NCBI GenBank assembly: GCA_011364905.1 | Contig: RDNZ01000044.1 | Location: forward strand, 1-22,740 | Direction: 5' to 3' | Origin: Candidatus Thorarchaeota archaeon | Lineage (GTDB): Archaea; Asgardarchaeota; Thorarchaeia; Thorarchaeales; Thorarchaeaceae | DNA: 22,740 nt | The notes under the pieces: generated by a model | Told to the model about the DNA's origin: nothing | What the model saw: only the letters and a program-made list of their open reading frames with translations | Database searches by the model: none | Shown: piece by piece, positions 17,372 through 22,740 of the stretch | Layout of the letters: each line of letters opens with the position of its first letter | How positions within the stretch are numbered: the first letter of the stretch is position 1 | Made by a program: the position numbers and the translations under genes

Positions 17372-18190
17372 TTAGAGCTTGCTAGCCAGACCTTCATACT
17401 CCGACTTGATTTTGCGCCCCATATCGGAGCCTCCAAAGTCCCCGGGTGTGATTGTCAAGTCATTACCATCAATCACAGCTTCAAGAACCATGACTCCGGG
17501 CGATTCAATCTTTAGACCCGGCTTTCCACCTCGCTCGAATCGCTCTGTGTACACAAGCTCCGAATTTCGGGTGACCGAAAGCATTAGGTATGCCATCTTC
17601 TTCTCTGCGAGAGACACCGACGGGGCAGGCGGAGGCAAGTCTTCTACGGTCTCAGCGACAAGGATTGGTTTCGGTGTGGGTTCTGGAGCACCAACAATTG
17701 GTTCAGGTTCCGCCTTTGGTTCAGGGGCCTTGACCACTGGCTCCGGTTCTGGCTCTGGAATTATCTTCTTCTTGGGAGCACCAGCAATTGGTTCTTCGAC
17801 TTTTGGCTCTCCCTTGTATGCGAGCACACCATCGTCAAAAGCCCATCTACCTTCCAAGACTCCACGAAACTCTGCAATTCTATTTGCTACATCTTGGTCT
17901 GCATCATCTTTTTCCATCATCTCGACAAAACGATCTGACGCCATACCAATAGTAGTAATTCCCACTTGATGTCCTGATTTCTGTAGACCCCTGGCTATTC
18001 TGAGTGCATGCATTCGTGTTGGCATGTTGACATTACGGCCAACCCAGGCCCAACAAGCGTCATTGTACTCGTCTAGCACAATAATCGCATTGTCACTGTT
18101 CACCAGCGCAGTGTCCAACTTGACAGTGGTTATTTCTCCAGAATCATCTCGCAGCATGAGCATGTACGGTTTTCTTGAAAGGGTCTTCAT
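17372..18190 (-). CDS. Gelsolin-like domain protein with Pro/Glu-rich linker and C-terminal domain of unknown function
   Basis: ATG at 18190 after GGAGG (track start 18277 is unlikely). VKLDTALVNSDNAIIVLD..ACWAWVGRNVN..RMHALRIA matches the gelsolin core. Linker PEPEPEPVVKAPEPKAEPEP...LPPPAP. Confidence 0.7.
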   Translation of the reverse strand: MKTLSRKPYMLMLRDDSGEITTVKLDTALVNSDNAIIVLDEYNDACWAWVGRNVNMPTRMHALRIARGLQKSGHQVGITTIGMASDRFVEMMEKDDADQDVANRIAEFRGVLEGRWAFDDGVLAYKGEPKVEEPIAGAPKKKIIPEPEPEPVVKAPEPKAEPEPIVGAPEPTPKPILVAETVEDLPPPAPSVSLAEKKMAYLMLSVTRNSELVYTERFERGGKPGLKIESPGVMVLEAVIDGNDLTITPGDFGGSDMGRKIKSEYEGLASKL

Positions 18191-18277
18191 AGGAATCTGA
18201 TACCTCCGAAAATGTAATCCCAGTCTTCTCCTGCTCGCACATTGCATAAAAGAAATTCTTGGATGTAAAGAACGCAC

Positions 18278-18544
18278 TTAAGAACCCAAGCTCGTAGAGG
18301 TCATATCTATCTCGCTGTCAATTACAAGAATTGACTGTGTTTCCTCTATACCCTTGATCTTTCGAACTTTCGCCGTGATGATTTCCACTAATGTTTCCAT
18401 ATCGCGGCCCCTCACTTCTGCAACGATGTCATAGGGCCCAAATACTTTGTGTGCCTCTTCTGTGACTGAGAGGGCAATCATGTCCCTGAGGACCGAGTCC
18501 TCTTGTCCCACAGCCGCTTTGATCAGAATGTAGGCTTTTACCAT
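18278..18544 (-). CDS. Stand-alone Lrp/AsnC ligand-binding (RAM) domain protein
   Basis: MVKAYILIK...EAHKVFGPYDIVAEV...KVRKIKGIEETQSILV; no HTH; ATG at 18544. Confidence 0.88.
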   Translation of the reverse strand: MVKAYILIKAAVGQEDSVLRDMIALSVTEEAHKVFGPYDIVAEVRGRDMETLVEIITAKVRKIKGIEETQSILVIDSEIDMTSTSLGS

Positions 18545-18619
18545 ATCTGTCACCCAGAATGACACGGTTTGAGTTTGTTGAACTGATAACTCTTACTCTT
18601 AGTTGAGAAAATAAGTCAC

Positions 18620-18760
18620 AGTCTCGCAAAAATCGTGCAGGTGTGAGAATTGTGGAAATCGCAATTTTTCCAATATTAATTGTATTTATCGCAATATTCT
18701 ATATATAGGAATATTTTCGAATATATGTTGTTAGTTTTGCGATAAAATCGCAGACTATCA
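18620..18760. promoter_or_regulatory. AT-rich divergent control region with inverted repeats and spaced TCGCA motifs
   Basis: TTTATCGCAA (18685-18694) and TTGCGATAAA (18737-18746) form a perfect 10-bp inverted repeat. AATATTC-tatatatag-GAATATT (18693-18715) is a second dyad. Confidence 0.55.
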
Positions 18761-18799
18761 GCGCGAAACATTGCAGATGGTTCTGCAGAGGTGACCGAT

Positions 18800-19054
18800 A
18801 TGGGAAAGATGACTTTGAATACCGTTCCATGCCCTGAATGCAAGGGATCAATTGAAGGAATAGTCATTGAGGAGGACTCAATCACTAATGCCAAGCGGAT
18901 TCCGGTCTTAGTTCCCGCGAAATGTAGCAACGGTCACAATGTGATTCTTTTCGTCGATAGGAAATTCACGGTTCGAGATGTTGAAACAGCTGGAACAGTG
19001 GTTGACGAAGATGGATCAGTAAACAAAGCCATGAAATGGATGGATGGTTTCTAG
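18800..19054 (+). CDS. Small Zn-ribbon-like protein (CxxC...CxxxH)
   Basis: ATG at 18800 after GAGGTGA; CPEC...CSNGHNVILFVDRKFTVRDVE. Confidence 0.8.
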   Translation: MGKMTLNTVPCPECKGSIEGIVIEEDSITNAKRIPVLVPAKCSNGHNVILFVDRKFTVRDVETAGTVVDEDGSVNKAMKWMDGF

Positions 19055-19068
19055 GGGAGGCAGCGAAG

Positions 19069-19458
19069 TTGATTCAAAGTGTGTATCTAGTGAATGAGGG
19101 CGGTGAAACTATCGCCTCAGTACCCATAGGAGAATTCCAATTAGACGAGGCTCTCTTTGGAGGATTCCTATCAGCGATTCAGATGTACAGCAAAAAAATC
19201 TCTGGCAAGAATGTCAGTGAGTTATCTTTGGAGAGCTATCGCATCATCATCTCCAAGGCTGACCGTGTTTTTCTGGTCACCATTCATGATTTGGGTGACA
19301 AGAATGCTGCTGAACTGAACAACAAAATCAGTGATTTGTGTAAGGGCACGCTCGGAGAAGTAGTCACCGATGAGACAATCAAACTGATCAAAGCTGCAGC
19401 CAGCGAGGCGCAGAGTGCAATGAAACGCGCAAACGAATGGGCATCAAAGATGCTGTAG
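19069..19458 (+). CDS. Longin-domain protein
   Basis: TTG at 19069 after GGAGG; IQSVYLVNEGGETI...LDEALFGGFLSAIQMYSKKI...VSELSLESYRIII...VFLVTIHD. Confidence 0.8.
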   Translation: MIQSVYLVNEGGETIASVPIGEFQLDEALFGGFLSAIQMYSKKISGKNVSELSLESYRIIISKADRVFLVTIHDLGDKNAAELNNKISDLCKGTLGEVVTDETIKLIKAAASEAQSAMKRANEWASKML

Positions 19459-19469
19459 GGGTGTAGACA

Positions 19470-20837
19470 ATGCAACTAGTCGTACAATATACGTCAGAAC
19501 TGGTAACTGCAGTTGGCCTTTTTATTGGAGCCATACTGCTAGCCAGGTTTACTTGGAATCGAGTCAAGGACCTCCCTCCTGAGGAGAAACACTTTGGACG
19601 CCCGCTTTGGGTTGCGGTAGGAAGTGTCTTCTTTTTGGGTCTTACCTCATTGGTCAACTTTTGGTATGGATCCGGGATAAGTCAGCTAGAGGTTTATTGG
19701 TATATCACTGCCATTCTTGGTTCAGGACTGCTAATGATATCTGCTTTGATGATTATGGGATCAAGGAGAATGGCCATTATCCCAATCGGCATGATGGCTG
19801 TAATCGCTGTGATTGCCTTTGCTGAAACAGTGATTGGCGCTGGGACTATCCTGGGTGGATTCACCGATTACGCGGTCAACTTCTTTGCATTAGTCCTTTT
19901 TAGCATTCCATTCGCATTGTTTTCATATCTGACATTTAGTACTCGGAGAATCACGAGCTTTGCATTGGCTGTACTCTCACTCACCTACCCTTTGATTCTT
20001 ATCGCGACTGCATTCACAGATCCTTCCATTGTAACTGCAATTCTGGGACTACGTCTATATGGACCTGCGATATTAATTACAGCCCTAGCTCTGCCTAAGT
20101 CGAAGATTGGTGCTGAGCTGATCGCCTATTCATTCACAGTCAGCTCACTGTTATACTTCATGACCTATCTATTGGTGTCTCCATTAGTTGGAGATGCTGC
20201 AATGATGACATCAATCACACTCATTGCGTTGGGAGCGATTCTGTCTATTGGAACCGGTGCATATGCATTTACAAGGTGGAGTCAGAGTAGGAACTCAGCG
20301 ACACTCACACTGGGAACCTTCTTTTTCATTTCGGGTTTCTCCTGGTTGATAGTAGCATTGAACCATGTAGATTTTCTTGGAGGACTTAATGCAGAGTATA
20401 TCGCACTACTACTAGGCCTCATTTCTCCAATGCTTCTTAACTTGAGTTCAGTTGTCGCATTAGACTGGAAAAGAGCTCTACTTCTCCCCCTGCTAATTAT
20501 GGCTGCACCATTCATCATGATGCTTGGAGGATGGACTGCTCAAATCTTGCCAGATGCAATACCAAATCGTGGTATTATAATGGCAATATCTGGCATACTC
20601 CAAACAATACTCCCTCTCGGACTCTATGGCCTACTCTGGTGGAGAATGAGAAAAGCCGGAGCGCCTGGACGGAACAGAGCTCTGTTTCTAGCATTAGGTG
20701 TCGTTTTCCTAATCCTAGGAACCGCAGGTGGAAATGCTGTATCTCTCGTTTCATCAGCATCCATTCTAGCCGCCTTTGGAGTCTGGTGGTTAGGTGTCAC
20801 TGGTCGTGCTGACCAACTACTTGGCACTATGGTCTAA
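19470..20837 (+). CDS. Polytopic membrane protein, ~15 TM, with an apparent internal duplication (7+1+7)
   Basis: About 15 hydrophobic segments with short loops. The halves share patterns: MGSRRMAIIP vs LDWKRALLLP, and IPFALFSYL..STRR vs LPLGLYGLL..RMRK. Confidence 0.85.
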   Translation: MQLVVQYTSELVTAVGLFIGAILLARFTWNRVKDLPPEEKHFGRPLWVAVGSVFFLGLTSLVNFWYGSGISQLEVYWYITAILGSGLLMISALMIMGSRRMAIIPIGMMAVIAVIAFAETVIGAGTILGGFTDYAVNFFALVLFSIPFALFSYLTFSTRRITSFALAVLSLTYPLILIATAFTDPSIVTAILGLRLYGPAILITALALPKSKIGAELIAYSFTVSSLLYFMTYLLVSPLVGDAAMMTSITLIALGAILSIGTGAYAFTRWSQSRNSATLTLGTFFFISGFSWLIVALNHVDFLGGLNAEYIALLLGLISPMLLNLSSVVALDWKRALLLPLLIMAAPFIMMLGGWTAQILPDAIPNRGIIMAISGILQTILPLGLYGLLWWRMRKAGAPGRNRALFLALGVVFLILGTAGGNAVSLVSSASILAAFGVWWLGVTGRADQLLGTMV

Positions 20838-20850
20838 GAGGTGGCCCAAG

Positions 20851-21387
20851 ATGGCAGGGAGATTACCGATCTACAAGACTGTGCTTGTTGGTGAGGGCGG
20901 TGTTGGTAAAACAAGTATCACCCTTCGCTACACAGAGGATCGCTTTGACGATGCAATGAAGATGACCATCGGAGTCAACTTTGCATCCAAAAAGGTGACT
21001 ATTGGCGAAAACAATGTCACCCTTATGCTGTGGGACCTAGGTGGTCAACCAAGATTCCGCGAGGTCATCTCAGACTATTTCAAAGGGGCACGAATTGCCA
21101 TAGCAGTGTACGACGCGACGAGAACCTTCTCACTCCAGCGATTATCTGATTGGCTTGGTAGAGTGAAGGACAATGCTCCCGACTGTCAGATTATCTTCGT
21201 GGGCAACAAGATCGATGAACGCGATGACGGAAGTGGTGTTACTCTCGAGGAGGCCGCCGTGATGGCCCGTGAATACGGTGCTGGATGCATGGAGGTCTCT
21301 GCAAAGACAGGTGAAGGTGTATCTGAGATGTTCGAGGCTGCTGCCGAAATCGCGCTCACAAAACACAATGAACTAGTCAGCAACTAG
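20851..21387 (+). CDS. Rab-like small GTPase (Ras superfamily)
   Basis: ATG at 20851 after GAGGTG. G1 GEGGVGKT, G2 TIG, G3 WDLGGQ, G4 NKID, G5 SAK; RabF-like motifs IGVNF, RFREVI, YFKGA, AVYDAT; no C-terminal prenylation Cys. Confidence 0.93.
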   Translation: MAGRLPIYKTVLVGEGGVGKTSITLRYTEDRFDDAMKMTIGVNFASKKVTIGENNVTLMLWDLGGQPRFREVISDYFKGARIAIAVYDATRTFSLQRLSDWLGRVKDNAPDCQIIFVGNKIDERDDGSGVTLEEAAVMAREYGAGCMEVSAKTGEGVSEMFEAAAEIALTKHNELVSN

Positions 21388-21426
21388 CCCTTACTAGGCA
21401 GTCCTTCTTGGACTGCCACCCCCTCC

Positions 21427-21435
21427 TTGTTTTTT
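21427..21435 (+). terminator. Possible archaeal oligo-T terminator
   Basis: TTGTTTTTT about 40 bp after the GTPase stop codon. Confidence 0.3.
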
Positions 21436-21524
21436 CCCATTCAGATATAGGGCACCAATGGAGAAAGAGAAAGTCGAAAAACATAATAATCCTGCATCGA
21501 TAATGGCCGACCGGGGTAGTTGGC

Positions 21525-21872
21525 ATGAGTGATAACGTGAACTTGACAGAGAAACTTCTCAAGAAGCTCAGGGATGTTGAGGAACAATATGGTGCGAAAA
21601 CGGAGCAATTCGAACTAGATGGGATCGATATTTTGCGTCAACTAGTTATGGCAACAGGTTCTGCAGAGCGACAACATCTCTTTCAAAGATACTTGGAATC
21701 TGGACCGCCTGAACAGGTAGAACGTATGAAGGAAAAAGGTCTTCTCAATACATTTGTACAATTTGCAGATATGCTCTCGCTTACTCATCCCCTGACAGAG
21801 AGTTTCTATTGGGTACTGCTTGAGAATCTTGTTGATTCGACCGTGAGTAGAATCGAAAAATATGCCACTTAG
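21525..21872 (+). CDS. Hypothetical helical protein
   Basis: 115-aa ORF with protein-like composition and an amphipathic helical pattern; GGGGT upstream of the ATG. Confidence 0.7.
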   Translation: MSDNVNLTEKLLKKLRDVEEQYGAKTEQFELDGIDILRQLVMATGSAERQHLFQRYLESGPPEQVERMKEKGLLNTFVQFADMLSLTHPLTESFYWVLLENLVDSTVSRIEKYAT

Positions 21873-21993
21873 TTCTGATGTGATTGTCGAATCAGAGATT
21901 AAGAATATCTATTCATGTATGAGAATACAAAGAACTGTAGTGGGCAGCTCATGCTGCCCAACTCTTACTAGTAAAAGAAACGGTTGCAGTGGT

Positions 21994-22176
21994 TTATCCG
22001 GACATGGCAAACCTAGGACACTTGTCCTTGTTTATGCCAGGAGTTTCACAAGGTTTGTTCATGCCTGTGTAGAACTTGAAACCATCAACACCGCATTTTC
22101 CTTCGGCCGCATTATACTCTGGACAGGTCATTGCACATTCATCCGTTTTGGTCTTTTGTTTAGTCCTAGGTCCCAT
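21994..22176 (-). CDS. Small Cys-rich protein (putative metal-binding)
   Basis: MTCPEY...GKCGV...PCETP...KCPRF. The start is the ATG at 22176 or 22131. A TTAATA box lies at ~22215-22220 on the minus strand. Confidence 0.55.
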   Translation of the reverse strand: MGPRTKQKTKTDECAMTCPEYNAAEGKCGVDGFKFYTGMNKPCETPGINKDKCPRFAMSG

Positions 22177-22261
22177 AGTTCCCGGACTGTTATCAGCTCC
22201 ACACTATAGGCGCATATTAAGATTGTTCGCTTGATTGTCTTCTAGTAGACCTCTCCTCGTA

Positions 22262-22740
22262 TCATAGAAGTCCGCGGTCCTCAAGGACATCTCTTAAGAC
22301 AGCCGGGAAGTCTGTAAAAATGCCGTCCACTTCCATATCTAGTAGTCGCTCCATGTCTGGCTTATTGTTGATTGTCCACACATGGACTGCTATGTCTTTG
22401 TCATGGGCCAGTTTCACAAATTCCGGTGTAACAATTTGAAGTGAACCGCTCCGCTCAGGAACTTGAAACGCCTTGTATGGCACATTGCGCACAAGCAATT
22501 TCATTGCTCCCATTCTAGATCCTATGACAAAGTTACGAATCTCATTGGGATGAGCAGAGGTAGGTATCATAGGAGCTTTCTTTCTGAACCTCTTCAGTTG
22601 CTTCGGATGAAAAGAGGCTATCATAATATTCTCGGTTCTTCGATTCTCTAACAGAATCCGTGCTACTTCATCAGGTGCTTCTTTGAAAGTGTCCTTGATG
22701 TCTAGGTTGAGGATGATGTTTGGGAACCTTTTGAGTACCT
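22262..22740 (-). CDS. Glycerophosphodiester phosphodiesterase (GDPD family), 5' part outside the window
   Basis: The frame is open to the window end: VLKRFPNIILNLDIKD...IMIASFH...VHVWTIN...LLDMEVDGIFTDFP. Confidence 0.9.
   Translation of the reverse strand, partial: VLKRFPNIILNLDIKDTFKEAPDEVARILLENRRTENIMIASFHPKQLKRFRKKAPMIPTSAHPNEIRNFVIGSRMGAMKLLVRNVPYKAFQVPERSGSLQIVTPEFVKLAHDKDIAVHVWTINNKPDMERLLDMEVDGIFTDFPAVLRDVLEDRGLL

Noticed and set aside
17379-17969. 196-aa plus-strand Gly/Ser-rich ORF
   Set aside because: It is the antisense read-through of the Pro/Glu-rich gelsolin-like gene.
18545-18799. Replication origin or tRNA/ncRNA in the AT-rich intergenic region
   Set aside because: No ORB-like G-string boxes, no orc1/cdc6 nearby and no cloverleaf; a divergent promoter/operator is the simpler explanation.
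19470-20837. Microbial rhodopsin or true GPCR
   Set aside because: No TM7 Schiff-base Lys and no DRY/NPxxY motifs; only the 7TM topology is suggested.
21862-22209. 115-aa plus-strand ORF
   Set aside because: Atypical composition, no RBS, and it overlaps the more plausible minus-strand Cys-rich ORF.

Overview
This is an archaeal window, most likely Asgard (possibly Thorarchaeia). That is inferred from two longin proteins, a Rab-like GTPase, a gelsolin-like protein, GGAGG/GAGGTGA ribosome-binding sites and N-x-S/T-rich exported proteins. The left half (1-9944, minus strand) is a tightly coupled operon of at least five genes. It encodes an ABC-2 permease, an ABC ATPase with a tandem TrmB-C-terminal-like N-terminal extension, and a ~1455-aa membrane-anchored subtilase-like protein that apparently lacks its catalytic Ser and carries a GIFT (GldG/IFT52/site-1 protease) domain. 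It also encodes a second ABC ATPase and a secreted FG-GAP-like beta-propeller/Ca-binding repeat protein that the ORF track misses because it runs off the window. The middle holds a divergent glycosidase-like gene, a longin/nuclease-fold fusion, a Cys-rich protein, nadB, a CcmE-like protein without heme ligands, a GNAT, a gelsolin-like protein and a stand-alone Lrp/AsnC domain. The right side holds a four-gene plus-strand operon (Zn-binding protein, longin, 7+1+7-TM membrane protein, Rab-like GTPase) that looks like a receptor/small-GTPase signalling module. Two small hypothetical genes and a partial GDPD gene follow. I recognised no RNA genes, CRISPR arrays or mobile elements. All family assignments come from motif recognition by eye, not database searches.
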